Assembly (NCBI GenBank): GCA_963730935.1
Contig: CAVSTP010000004.1
Span: 1,120,001-1,184,000, forward strand
Reading direction: 5' to 3'
Origin: an uncultured Nitrospiraceae bacterium
GTDB lineage: Bacteria; Nitrospirota; Nitrospiria; Nitrospirales; Nitrospiraceae
Length of the DNA stretch: 64,000 bases
Made by a program: the position numbers and the translations under genes. Under the pieces are notes generated by a model. It saw only the letters and a program-made list of their open reading frames with translations, was not told the origin of the DNA and ran no database searches. Within the stretch, counting starts at the first letter, position 1. Each line of letters begins with the position of its first letter. This document shows positions 9,702 to 20,334 of the stretch, in pieces.

Positions 9702-10930
9702 TCACTCAGATCGACTCGGTGACTGGCGGGCACCTGCCGACTGACGTGTCATCACGTTTGAGACGATGGTATCTGCCATGATCTGATTGCCAAGGGCATT
9801 CAGGTGGCAACAGTCATCTTTGTAGACCGTCTCAGTTGTGCTCGCAAAGATACCGGTGAGATCAGCGCCGGGGACGCCGGAATGGTGCAGATCTTGAACC
9901 GCGGCTTTCAGCAACGTCATCATTTCATGGGTGCCTTCAACACGAAGAGGATCAATGGCCAGCCGTCGCTCTTGTTCGGAAAGCGGCTTCGAATCCTTCA
10001 GATATTGATTGGGTTGCAAGAAAAAATAGACCGGCTTGCCCGCTCGCTCTCGTAGCAGCTCATTTTCCAAGATGGTGTACTTTTTCCAGATCGCAATGAG
10101 TTTCTCCGTAATCTCTCTTGGCGACATCCTCCGTAAGGTTTCCGATTGGTGAGCCACAAACTCTTTGGCATAGTAAGAGGACTCACTCACTTTTACGACG
10201 CGATAGAGAAGATCGTGCAGGTAATACCAGCATAGGAAATATGAATTGCTGTGTGAAAGGCCCGGAAATTTCCACGACAACGGGGCGTTGTTGATCTTCT
10301 TGTAGATCCACCGAGCTGAACGCCCAAGCACGGGATAGATTCCTCCTTGGCTCGCGCGTCCATAAAATTGTGCAGATAGGGTCGGGAACTCTAAGGGATA
10401 AACCGGCAGTAAGTGCCCCGGAGTCGCATCATTGAACCCGTCGATGTTGATGACCAGATCCAGTTTATCCATAAAGAAGGCAGCAATGAAGAACTGCTGG
10501 GGTTGCTTGTAACCGCCATTCGCGAGATTCACGATGCGAAGAGTTTTTTCTCCAAATGTCGGTAGCACCTTCCTCAAGGGCTCGAAGTGTCTTGGGTTGC
10601 GGATCGAATACTCCGCGAAACTCCCTGCAACGGAGCCCCCCAAAACGCCGATCACGAAATCATCCTCCCCACTTCAGAAGGAAGTTGTTCTGATGCTCTC
10701 GTCGTAGGCGACTCATACCCAAAATACGGATGTGGAGAATAATCCTCTGTCCATGTGATCATCCTGAGCTTCGGATCATTGATGTAATAATCGGCATAAC
10801 TACCGCCTTCAATTCCCAACATGTAATACACAACGCCCTTCGAGATAAGTTCGAGCGCAAACAATGAAATCAAGCCGCAGAGCAGAAGCTTGGCGACTAT
10901 CGAACCATGTACACGGGTGGTTGCGTGCAT
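9702..10930 (-). pseudogene. Membrane-anchored SGNH-like protein split by one frameshift
   Basis: ORFs 10652-10930 and 9702-10655 join as 'EVGEDDFVIGVLGGSVA' if one G is added to the GGGG run near 10668. Motifs 'GGS', 'NLANGGYKQPQQ', 'DGFND', 'DDCCHLN'. Confidence 0.75.
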
Positions 10931-11035
10931 AAAATGAGCTATGCTTCAAACTGAAGGCACTGAGTGACGGCTTCTCTTGAGACGAAGATGCGCTCTAAGG
11001 GGTGCGATTTCCACCTATCTTTACGAGCTACTGGC

Positions 11036-13045
11036 CTATTGTCCATGGACACGGACAACGTCAATGGGAGCATTTACAATTGGAAGCAGTTGTGCCTTCA
11101 GTAGCGCCGTTAGGCTTTCAGCAAACGTTCCCGTTAAATGGTGGTGGTCCCGGTAGAGGATTCCATTGCTTTGGATCGGTCTACAAATGTCTAGCTCGCA
11201 GATACGGTCGGTAACGTCGATAAAGTGCACATTTGACAGCCCACGCGCTCCCGCTTGCTCGGACTCGAATACGGCAGCATTGAGGACGATCGAGCGTTCC
11301 GCCTCACAGGAACCGCCTGGATACCAGGCATGACGAACCGATCTTGCAAGACACGTTGGGACATCGTATGAGAAATAGGGCGGGTCACGCATTAAGACCA
11401 CTCGCATGCCGGTGAGAGCTTGCAACGTACGTCTGGTGCCATCCTGCAAGTTGCCAAGGGCAACCGTCATCGGAGGAGTACTCCCATCTTTCGCGTAGGT
11501 CATTGTATTCCCAAGGTAGCTTGTCGAATTCGCAATGAACACAATCGTGGGACGGAGCGCGATGATTCGCTGAAGAGCCTCTGCCCGCCAGCTGGCGCAA
11601 GCGGCGAGATATCCAGAACTTTGACCAAGTGGTTCGATATCAAACGAGGGGCAGGCCGACTTGACTACGGTCGTCAGCTTCCATCCGTTTGACTCAGCAA
11701 TTCGCTGCAGTGGATTGAACCACTGGATAGCGTGTGAGTCTCCAAACAGAACGATATTGATATTGGAGGACGCATCACCAAACTCGCACAGCGTGACCTC
11801 AGGTGATTGTAACTTGCTGATACATCGATCTTTTGGAAGCCTGGTGATGTCACCGATTGCAGCAGCAATTGCCTGCATTCTTGGCTCCTTCTCTAGCTGA
11901 GTCGCGAACCACATGGCGAAAAGAGCGGCGCCTAGCGAGCACACCGTGACAGCTCCCCCGAAATAGAGTGACGTTAGCGGGCGCTTTAGAAGATAGGGAT
12001 GAAATCGAATCGGGTTTTCCACAAAGTGGTAACTGATTCCAGCAACTGCCAAGGATGCAAGTGCCGCAGCAATCTTGCCGGCAACTGTAATGTTCGGTAC
12101 CAATGCGGCTGAAAATACAAGAAAGGGCCAATGCCAGAGATACCACGAATACGAGAGCCTTCCGAACATCTGAAGCGGAGGAGAATTGAGCACAACGCCA
12201 ATTCCACGATTTGGATGTTCGGTTTCAGCAACCAAAACCACAGCAGTTCCGATGACAGGGATCAGAGCGACCCAGCCGGGGAAGCCGTTAGCGCCCACAA
12301 TAAGGTGTGCAGAGCCCAGAATGGCGAAGATGCCCAGCCAGCCCAAAGAACGCCACCAGCCAGAAGAAACATTCACTATTCCGCGCGGCAGCAAGACAGC
12401 CAGTCCCCCTATCCCAAACTCCCATGCTCTTGCAGGCAACTCATAAAACGCAAACGTACCTCCATTAGCGCTGAACCATACACTGATAACCAACGAGACG
12501 AGAGTTAATGCGGAGATGCCTATGACAAGGACTTTAATCGACCTACACCATCCTAAGGTGAGCAACAGAAGTAACGGCCAGAACAAATAAAATTGCTCTT
12601 CTACCGCGAGGGACCAGGTATGCAAGATTGGGTTGGATTTCACATTGGGAGCAAAGTAATCCCCTGCATGAATGTCAAAGAAAATATTACTGATGTTCAA
12701 TGCGGCCGCTCGGCTTGCGTGACCGGCTAGGTCCAATTCATGCGGAGCTAAAATCATCGCACCGATAAGAAGGGTAATCGCCAACGTTAGGGCGGATGCC
12801 GGGAGCAAACGACGTATGCGACGAGCATAAAACCGCACTAGACTCAATTCTGAAGTCTTCTGAATCTCAGCGACCAATAGCCCGGTGATGAGGAAACCGG
12901 ATAGGACAAAGAAGACATCAACACCGACAAAACCACCGGAGAATCCAGGCACACTGCAATGAAAAAGGACGACGATGAGGATGGCAACTCCTCGCATGCC
13001 TTCTATTTCAGGCCGGAAACCCGGCAAGCGTTCGTCTGTTGTCAT
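11036..13045 (-). CDS. Acyltransferase-3 plus SGNH domain O-acyltransferase (OafA/OatA-like)
   Basis: 'FRPEIEGMRGVA', 'GGFVGVDVFFVLSGFLI', 'HTWSLAVEEQFY'; C-terminal 'FGDSHA' and 'YRDHHHLT'. Confidence 0.92.
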   Translation of the reverse strand: MTTDERLPGFRPEIEGMRGVAILIVVLFHCSVPGFSGGFVGVDVFFVLSGFLITGLLVAEIQKTSELSLVRFYARRIRRLLPASALTLAITLLIGAMILAPHELDLAGHASRAAALNISNIFFDIHAGDYFAPNVKSNPILHTWSLAVEEQFYLFWPLLLLLTLGWCRSIKVLVIGISALTLVSLVISVWFSANGGTFAFYELPARAWEFGIGGLAVLLPRGIVNVSSGWWRSLGWLGIFAILGSAHLIVGANGFPGWVALIPVIGTAVVLVAETEHPNRGIGVVLNSPPLQMFGRLSYSWYLWHWPFLVFSAALVPNITVAGKIAAALASLAVAGISYHFVENPIRFHPYLLKRPLTSLYFGGAVTVCSLGAALFAMWFATQLEKEPRMQAIAAAIGDITRLPKDRCISKLQSPEVTLCEFGDASSNINIVLFGDSHAIQWFNPLQRIAESNGWKLTTVVKSACPSFDIEPLGQSSGYLAACASWRAEALQRIIALRPTIVFIANSTSYLGNTMTYAKDGSTPPMTVALGNLQDGTRRTLQALTGMRVVLMRDPPYFSYDVPTCLARSVRHAWYPGGSCEAERSIVLNAAVFESEQAGARGLSNVHFIDVTDRICELDICRPIQSNGILYRDHHHLTGTFAESLTALLKAQLLPIVNAPIDVVRVHGQ

Positions 13046-13081
13046 GTCCCAGGGTGCTAGGATTTCGAACGACCGCTGACT

Positions 13082-13739
13082 TCAATGACGGTGATGGACT
13101 GATCCTGAGAAGTCGGATTCTGCTGCAGATCCTAGTGACTGATGACCGCAATGAGCGTTAGCCCCCGCCAACCGAGTCGTTGCCAGCATCGAGCTGGGCA
13201 TCATTGTCGACTCGACGTAGGAATCGCCGACAACGGCAATTTCGGCACCCGTGAGATCTTCGTTATTTCGGAAACCGTTTTTGTCATATTTCAATTCAAT
13301 CGGTTCGGCCTGATGCGTCGGAAGGCAGAAAGAATCACCGAGATTTCCCCGATTAAGGAGTATTTGGGCAGAATGATGAGGTTCTGGCTTTGCGAGCAGC
13401 TCAACATCAGGAAGATACCCAGGCTGTTCCCACAGGTAAGTACCTGTCGAAAAATGTCTTTCGATAATCGATCAACTTTATAGGAACCTCGGCCAAGAAT
13501 AGCGCCACACCGACGGATATAGTCATCAGGACGACCCGAATCTGGTTCTCATCCTTTGGAGCACGAGAGATCAATGCGTATCCTCCCCAGAGGATGAGAT
13601 AGGACGCGACAAGAAAGCTGAAAAGGTTCCGAATATTAGTGAGGCCCGCCTCAACAAGCAGCGAGCATCCCAGAACGAAAAACAATGGCGTTAGACCGAC
13701 GAGTATTCGCTTGGCGTTTTGGTTCGACATCTTAGTCAT
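13082..13739 (-). pseudogene. Truncated, frameshifted remnant of a membrane SGNH-type protein
   Basis: TM-rich N-terminal piece (13407-13739), then 'KYDKNGFRN...IAVVGDSYVE' in another frame, breaking off at about 13150 before the rest of the SGNH fold. Confidence 0.65.
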
Positions 13740-13851
13740 TTCTGTACCTATCCTTCACAGTTCCATAGTGCGCGCGAGCGTGGGATTGACCCGATCGGCA
13801 AACAAGAGAACGGCTTGAAGGATGCGCAGCGAGCGGAAGGTTGGGAATAAC

Positions 13852-15318
13852 TCACGACGATTGCGCGAGCGCCTCATTCACCACCTTATGGAGACAGTTC
13901 GCAACCACTGCGTTGCCTTGTGGCGAGTAGTGACGATGTGCCGGGACGTAGAGATCAGCGGCGTTTAGCGGCAAGAGACAAGAGGTGAGATCAGTGTAGG
14001 CAATGCCCGCCTCTTGCAATGCTCTTTTGCCGTTACTCACAGGCGAGTTCCCTTTCTCAAGTTCCTCCTTGTTGGGGAAATAAATGATGAGAGGAATCGC
14101 GCCCGCATCCACTGTTGCCCGTGCAAATGCCTTTAAAATGGATGCATTGACGGTCACAAGCGCTTTTTCAGACACATCGGAGTGTTCGATTGTCCAGCGA
14201 GGCACCCAGGACACGAACAGCCGAGCGAGATAGGAGAGATGATAAAAGCGTCTCTCCCAATCGCTCTGCGTGTAGCCTCTGTGATACTCAAGAGCGGACA
14301 GGTTGACAATCGATGCTCGGGAAAAGATGGCTTCTGGAGCAGGGGCTGGTGCATTGATGTTCGCGAGTTCTCCATCTCGCAAGATGAAACGAGATTTTGA
14401 AAACGGCATGTCCCACTCAGGAAAGGAGATAAAGGGATACACGAACATCGTACGCTCAGTATCATGAGAGATGAAGCCAAAGATCACGATTCTGGGCTTC
14501 CATCGGCGGATATCCTTTTCATACCGAAGGAACATTTGGTCCAGACCATACCCCGAGACCCCGAAGTTCAAGACCTGAAACTCGGAACCTAACTCCTTTT
14601 CTAAAAAATACCCCCAGGTCTCCTCATACTTCACATCTTCGCCGAAGGTGTATGAATCACCTGTCAGAGCGATCCTGGTTCCTCCTTCGGACCGTGCGAA
14701 CGAAACCCCTTCCTCAGACGCGCGTATTCCCTCCACGCTTGAGCGATAAAGCCCATTGGCGCTCCGTCTATTTGGTCCTACCGTCCAGCCCATGAGATCG
14801 TCGTAGACCAGATAGGAAAAATCCCCACCGGCTCGATTGTTCAGCTGGCGGTAGTGTTGGGCGAACGTTTCCCAGCTTTTCGGCTTCAAGACTACGCCGC
14901 CAACTGTCTCGCCCTCCACTGAACTACGAGAGACTGCTCTAAGGGCGATCTCACCGGTAACGACAATCAGTACCACGGTGACGAGATTCATTGTCACGAT
15001 CATGGGAAAATGGCCCGATGGTGACCGTTTGTGTGCCAGAAATTGATGAACAATGACTGCCCCTGCTACGACAATGGCAACTACAGCTATGAGAAACACT
15101 ATGCCCGGCGAGCTGGGGAGGAATACAGTAAAAGGTCTATCCCCCTTCATGTAGATCGCCATCGGCACCACAGCGATGGACAATTCGAGTAGGAAGAGGG
15201 AGGCCAGAAGGAGTAAGTCACTTTTCTGCGGAGACAAGTTCGAAACCATTGCGGCGTTTTTCTGCTGAACTCGTGCGAGAGGAGTCTCAAGGACGATACG
15301 AGGTGAGGTCTTATGCAT
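13852..15318 (-). CDS. Membrane-anchored SGNH/GDSL hydrolase-family protein
   Basis: Three N-terminal TM segments; 'TGDSYTFG', 'NFGVSGYGLDQ', 'HYSPQGN'. Confidence 0.82.
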   Translation of the reverse strand: MHKTSPRIVLETPLARVQQKNAAMVSNLSPQKSDLLLLASLFLLELSIAVVPMAIYMKGDRPFTVFLPSSPGIVFLIAVVAIVVAGAVIVHQFLAHKRSPSGHFPMIVTMNLVTVVLIVVTGEIALRAVSRSSVEGETVGGVVLKPKSWETFAQHYRQLNNRAGGDFSYLVYDDLMGWTVGPNRRSANGLYRSSVEGIRASEEGVSFARSEGGTRIALTGDSYTFGEDVKYEETWGYFLEKELGSEFQVLNFGVSGYGLDQMFLRYEKDIRRWKPRIVIFGFISHDTERTMFVYPFISFPEWDMPFSKSRFILRDGELANINAPAPAPEAIFSRASIVNLSALEYHRGYTQSDWERRFYHLSYLARLFVSWVPRWTIEHSDVSEKALVTVNASILKAFARATVDAGAIPLIIYFPNKEELEKGNSPVSNGKRALQEAGIAYTDLTSCLLPLNAADLYVPAHRHYSPQGNAVVANCLHKVVNEALAQSS

Positions 15319-16750
15319 GACGCAAATGTTCGGCCAGTCGTAACGAAAGTTGGACGATCGTCAAGGTTGGGTTCGCGTCTCCGCCACTGGGGAACACCGA
15401 TGAACCAGCAACATATAGGTTATCCTGTCCATGCACACGACAATTGGCATCGACGACACCCTTTTCAGCCGAGTGGGCCATTCGAGTGCCACCCATGTGA
15501 TGGTAGCTCACACCATCGTCGCCACGGACGGGATAGCCATCTTTGGCAAACACCCAATCCTCAGCCTTGATCCGACCGCGATTCCTCGCCATCAAATAAT
15601 CATTAAAGTGCGTGAGGGCTTTCTGCAGAGTGGCACGATCGCGCTCCGTTTTTTTCCAGTGAAGCTCCACCATGGGAATTCCAAATCGGTCACGCTTGGT
15701 TTCCGACAGTTTCACATGATTGCTCCACATTGGCTCTTGTTCCCACCCTGCCAGGAGTCTGGCGCCGCAGACGATATTTTTCCCTGCAAGCGAAGCCGCC
15801 CATTCACCGATTTTTGGTGCGACACAGGCAAGATCTCTCAGCAAACCCTTCGTCCCCTCAGTTGGAATTTGTTCCAACACGATGCAGCACTCCAAAATGG
15901 AGAGTTTTCGTATTACAGCATCTGTAAAACGAAGGAGAAGCTGCGGAATATAATAGTCACTTTTGGGAATCTTGAAATCCACTAACGCGTGACCAAGTAG
16001 GTAAGTTGGGTGTTCCATCCAATACCGACCTAGCGGTGCCTTCGAATCAACGAGCTTCCCATTCGCCTGATGATTACACCACATCAGCATGCGGCTATTT
16101 TCTATTCCTCCCATCGCGAGGATGAAATGCTTGGCCTTCACGGTGGCAGATTGCCCGGCGAAATTCGTGGCGGTTGCGCTTAGAATATGATGGCCGTTCG
16201 TTTTCAATCCGGTCAGATTGGCATTAGTGACGCAGGTGATGCTTCTTGAGGACTTCAGGTTCTCCCTGTACCTTTGCCCGAACCTGACTTTTGACAGTGA
16301 AATGTTGAATTCCGTGATGCCGAATTCACCGTCTAAAACAACATCGCTGTTGGGCGGCCGAACATCCAAAACGGACGATGCCCTCTCAAGAAATGGATCG
16401 AGATCCTTCTTTTCTATCGGCCAGTGGGCGTCCTCAAATCCCGGTTTGTTTTGGAAAGCAAGCTCCGTAAGTGGCATGCACCAACCGCCCCAATGGCCGC
16501 TAGTACCGCCGAGATATCGTAACCGGGCAGCATCGAGGGGGACATAATGATCACCGATCACCTCACCCTTGTACAGTTCCTGGGAATCAAGGCTCATATC
16601 AACGCCGCCACCCTCTAGGAGAATAACCGACCGACCATATCGGTCAAGTTCTAGCGCCAGAGTCATCCCGGCAGGCCCTGATCCCACTACACAAAAGTCC
16701 ACGTTCTTAGGAAGGCTGTTCACGCCTGCTTGATTGAAATCGATGAGCAT
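15311..16750 (-). CDS. GMC-family FAD-dependent oxidoreductase
   Basis: 'VVGSGPAG', 'LGGTSGHWGG', 'HHMGGTRM', 'VFPSGGDANPTLT'. ATG 16750 overlaps the upstream TAA. Confidence 0.9.
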   Translation of the reverse strand: MLIDFNQAGVNSLPKNVDFCVVGSGPAGMTLALELDRYGRSVILLEGGGVDMSLDSQELYKGEVIGDHYVPLDAARLRYLGGTSGHWGGWCMPLTELAFQNKPGFEDAHWPIEKKDLDPFLERASSVLDVRPPNSDVVLDGEFGITEFNISLSKVRFGQRYRENLKSSRSITCVTNANLTGLKTNGHHILSATATNFAGQSATVKAKHFILAMGGIENSRMLMWCNHQANGKLVDSKAPLGRYWMEHPTYLLGHALVDFKIPKSDYYIPQLLLRFTDAVIRKLSILECCIVLEQIPTEGTKGLLRDLACVAPKIGEWAASLAGKNIVCGARLLAGWEQEPMWSNHVKLSETKRDRFGIPMVELHWKKTERDRATLQKALTHFNDYLMARNRGRIKAEDWVFAKDGYPVRGDDGVSYHHMGGTRMAHSAEKGVVDANCRVHGQDNLYVAGSSVFPSGGDANPTLTIVQLSLRLAEHLRHA

Positions 16751-16905
16751 TAAACATCCCCTTCCTGGAGTACCCACCCTTGCTTAATGAATTTTCCATT
16801 TCTCTTGTTGTAAGAAGCCTTGCGGATATTCAGCAGCGTGGTTGGGGTAACCAGTAATGAGATGGCGACCAAGAGTCCCCTCAAAACTGTTCTCCTCGAG
16901 TACAT
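16750..16905 (-). CDS. 51-aa protein with a twin-arginine-like N-terminus, coupled to the GMC gene
   Basis: Strong RBS AGAGGAGGG before ATG 16905. Sequence MYSRRTVLRGLLVAISLLV...KQGWVLQEGDV. Stop overlaps the GMC start (TAATG). Confidence 0.65.
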   Translation of the reverse strand: MYSRRTVLRGLLVAISLLVTPTTLLNIRKASYNKRNGKFIKQGWVLQEGDV

Positions 16906-17055
16906 ACGCTTCCCTCCTCTGACGTTACAATCCCGCGTGAAAGCCATCGTCTCTCAAGACCATTTCTCTCCGTTGGACAGATAGTGTGATTCCCCACACC
17001 TTGCGGCCGATGCGGCCCAACCGCTGCTCGAGACAACTTCTAGAATCTGGCCAGG

Positions 17056-18024
17056 TTATACGCGTGCCGGTCTATATCCTCGAGCTTCAATGCCGTTTCC
17101 ACCGTATTCACACCAGATACGCTCCAAGCCCAATGAGGTAAGCGCCCTCAGGATTTGTGATTTCGTTCTGAAATGCTTGTACCAATCCGTTAGTGAATCA
17201 TGGGTGTCCAACAATGCCCACTCTTTCAACAATGACTCTGAGAGTTCAGGAAAAGCATGGCCGTAGAATTGGACGGGAGAAATTCTGCTCAGAAGCATCT
17301 GACCAAGACGGAAACGACGTGTCGCCAAGTGGAGGGGATAAAATACTTTGACAATCATCTCCGTGAACCTTATTCCATTCTCGGGCCGCATTCTTTTCAC
17401 AAATGGTCTAATGAGAGGGGAGGCTTTGGTGCACCATGACAGGTTCCACGTATAGTGATCGATCACCAAGGCGCCACCAGGTTTAACTTGGTCGTATAAA
17501 CAAGTTAGAGTCTTCTCTGGGCTAGGGGTGTGTTGGACTACCCCTAAACATAGCACCAGATCAAATTTTTGCGCGGCAAAAGGGAGAGCAGCGATATCGG
17601 CTTGCGCAATTCTATGTTTTGAGCTAAGAGGACAATTCTTTAGGTTCGCCTCGACAGCATCGCTCAAATCAACAGAGGTAACGCTCGCTCCCAGCTCCAG
17701 AAGGAGTTCAGTAAAGCGGCCCGCGCCGCATCCGCACTCCAGCACATGCCTGTCCTTAAGAGATGTCCGCAATGGTTCGCCGAGGCATCGATAAAGTCTG
17801 TCTTTGCTTATCGTCGTGCTTGTGTAGGAATCCAACTGCGTCAGGCGGTATCGCTTCCATTGCTCTCCGAATGCATCTGCATATAGTGAGCCGCTGACAA
17901 ACCTCGGAATGTGGTTTATGCGCAAAAACGCATGTCCTTCAGTACAGCAAAGTCTATCGTCCTGCTCGCTAAGCAATTTTTTATGTTGGGGGCAGTGCCA
18001 CGCCGGCCATGAGATATCTGACAT
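17056..18024 (-). CDS. Class I SAM-dependent methyltransferase with a Trm112-like N-terminus
   Basis: 'VLECGCGAGRF', 'FDLVLCLGVVQHT'; GGAGG RBS before ATG 18024. Confidence 0.88.
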   Translation of the reverse strand: MSDISWPAWHCPQHKKLLSEQDDRLCCTEGHAFLRINHIPRFVSGSLYADAFGEQWKRYRLTQLDSYTSTTISKDRLYRCLGEPLRTSLKDRHVLECGCGAGRFTELLLELGASVTSVDLSDAVEANLKNCPLSSKHRIAQADIAALPFAAQKFDLVLCLGVVQHTPSPEKTLTCLYDQVKPGGALVIDHYTWNLSWCTKASPLIRPFVKRMRPENGIRFTEMIVKVFYPLHLATRRFRLGQMLLSRISPVQFYGHAFPELSESLLKEWALLDTHDSLTDWYKHFRTKSQILRALTSLGLERIWCEYGGNGIEARGYRPARV

Positions 18025-18179
18025 CAATACCTCCATCTATCAAAATGCAGAAGTGTGCGTTGGACGTATTGAAGGCAGGGATAGCATGCAATATCTTCCA
18101 ATTCGAACGCGATTTCGCAAACTCTCTTATGTCAGATCAGACTACACGCCTCTTCTTGGTGAGTTGAAACAGCGCTGAC

Positions 18180-19124
18180 CTAGGAACGGCCACGAATACG
18201 AACAATTTTATGCCACAGCCACTTCCTTTCGAGGATATTTCGTTCGGCAGGAGTGATAACGCGATTCCCTCGTACATGAAGAATGAAATCAAGAAGCGTT
18301 CGGACCGGGACAAACCATCCGTTCATTCTGCTCAGGCGTTGCAAGAGGATCTTGAAACGATCGTGGATCTTTCCGTTGATCAGAAATCCCTTGGCGAGAT
18401 GCGTGTACATGATGCAAGCACCTCGTTCGTGTTTGAGTTTGTCCTGGTTACTCTCGCTAATCATGGCATTAAAGGAATCCACGTTTGCCCCCTCAGAAGA
18501 GGCAAACCAGTAGTTCACATAAGGCCGAGCGGGATCATGATAAGGCATCGCCGGACAAGCCTTGAGAATGTTAATGTCCCCGAACACGAAATTTCTTACG
18601 TACTTGATTTTCTCCTTGCACAAGTCACCCCAAAACAGCGGGCTGGACTCAAGGTGCCCCTGAGACTCTTTGTTTTTCTGGAAACCCTTCAAGTTAAGAA
18701 TATTGTAGAGGACCCGTTGTGCACCTGAGACGCGTGCGCTTTGCCAATAGATGCTCTCCTCACAACCTGAATGATTGGCCATCGAATAGGGATAGTGGCC
18801 AAATTGGTGGAGGAAGGTCTCCATCCCCCTAGCAGTCTGTTCTCGGGAAGACGTGTGATGTGCAACGTTGTGTAGTGCTATTTCGAATCCCTGCGCTTTC
18901 AATTGGAGCATCAGGTCAAGGTATTGCGGATCCCCGCATGTTGCTCCTCCAATTTTGGGCTTTCCATTTCCGGCGATTGGCCAGACGGCCTTTGTCGTTC
19001 GCAATCCCAAATCTGTTATGAATGAGTAGATAGCAGACGCATTTTCCACGGAATCCCAATCAGGGTCATCGAAAATCGTGAAGGCAAAATCCTTTCCTTC
19101 AGGCCATTCAATGCTGGGGGTCAT
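18180..19124 (-). CDS. Polysaccharide deacetylase-like protein
   Basis: 'FAFTIFDDPD', 'GFEIALHN', 'ANHS', 'CIMYTH' fit a NodB-like barrel. Start taken at ATG 19124. Confidence 0.6.
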   Translation of the reverse strand: MTPSIEWPEGKDFAFTIFDDPDWDSVENASAIYSFITDLGLRTTKAVWPIAGNGKPKIGGATCGDPQYLDLMLQLKAQGFEIALHNVAHHTSSREQTARGMETFLHQFGHYPYSMANHSGCEESIYWQSARVSGAQRVLYNILNLKGFQKNKESQGHLESSPLFWGDLCKEKIKYVRNFVFGDINILKACPAMPYHDPARPYVNYWFASSEGANVDSFNAMISESNQDKLKHERGACIMYTHLAKGFLINGKIHDRFKILLQRLSRMNGWFVPVRTLLDFILHVRGNRVITPAERNILERKWLWHKIVRIRGRS

Positions 19125-19191
19125 CTTTGAGCCCTCATCTAACGACGCTGGGGCAGCAGAGGTACAAGGCCGCGAGGCAGGTTCCCTAGGG

Positions 19192-20328
19192 TTAGCTAGG
19201 GCCGACGGGCACGCCAAAATATTCTTTTATCGACGAGACGACCCTCTGAGCTGTCTTTCCATCCCATAATGGGATCTGCGCGCCCTTCTTATATCCCCCC
19301 GCCATAATCTCGTCAGCGCACTTCGTGATTTCCAGAGTCGATTTACCTACGAGCGTGGAAGTTCCTGCTGAAACGGTAATGGGGCGTTCAGTATTTTCTC
19401 GAAGCGTCAAACAAGGAATACCCAGTACGGAGGTTTCTTCCTGGATGCCGCCGGAATCGGTCATGACAAAGAGGGCATTCTTCTGCAAAGACAATACGTC
19501 CAGGTAATCCACCGGATCAGTCACATGAAAATCTGGAGCTTTTTCTGCTAGCAGGTCGAGTTCCTTTAGTTTTTGCGAAGTACGCGGATGTGCGGGAAAG
19601 ATCATCGGAATCTTTCTCGACATTTCATTAAAGCACGCCCAAAGCGACCGCAACGTGTCAGGATTGTCCACGTTGGACGGTCGATGCAACGTCAATAAGG
19701 CATATTTGCCTGGAGTCAGGCCATATCCAGAGAAGGTATTTCGCGATGAAGCTGCCGGCATAGAACGGAGAAGCGAATCGATCATGATGTTGCCAACCAG
19801 GCGAATGGCTTCTTCAGAGTGCCCCTCGTTCTTGAGATTTGCCACACCGGACGGCTCCGACACGAGAAGAAGGTCGCTGAGGCTGTCTGTGACAATGCGG
19901 TTGATCTCCTCTGGCATCGTTCTGTCAAAGCTGCGCAAACCGGCCTCGACGTGGGCAATTGGAATCCCCAGCTTGGCGCTGACGAGGGCGCAAGCCATTG
20001 TGGAGTTCACATCGCCAAACACCACCACCATGGAAGGTCGCTTCGAAAGGACACAGTCTTCGTAGCGTTCCATAATGCAGGCGGTCTGCTTGGCATGAGA
20101 GGAAGATCCCACCTCGAGATTCACATGTTCATGCGGAATCTCAAGAACATCGAAAAACTCCTGAGACATCCGAGCGTCGTAGTGTTGGCCCGTGTGGACG
20201 AGGCGGAATTTCAACTGATCCTCATGTTGCAGTGCTCTGGTCAAGGGTGCGACCTTGACCAGGTTCGGACGAGCACCAACAACCAGATCAAGCAAATATG
20301 GCTGATGTGCTGATCTTGAAATACTCAT
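19192..20328 (-). CDS. wecB: UDP-N-acetylglucosamine 2-epimerase (non-hydrolysing)
   Basis: 'VGARPN', 'HTGQHYD', 'HVEAGLRS', 'PEEINR', 'TDSGGIQEE'. Confidence 0.93.
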   Translation of the reverse strand: MSISRSAHQPYLLDLVVGARPNLVKVAPLTRALQHEDQLKFRLVHTGQHYDARMSQEFFDVLEIPHEHVNLEVGSSSHAKQTACIMERYEDCVLSKRPSMVVVFGDVNSTMACALVSAKLGIPIAHVEAGLRSFDRTMPEEINRIVTDSLSDLLLVSEPSGVANLKNEGHSEEAIRLVGNIMIDSLLRSMPAASSRNTFSGYGLTPGKYALLTLHRPSNVDNPDTLRSLWACFNEMSRKIPMIFPAHPRTSQKLKELDLLAEKAPDFHVTDPVDYLDVLSLQKNALFVMTDSGGIQEETSVLGIPCLTLRENTERPITVSAGTSTLVGKSTLEITKCADEIMAGGYKKGAQIPLWDGKTAQRVVSSIKEYFGVPVGPS

Positions 20329-20334
20329 TCTATG

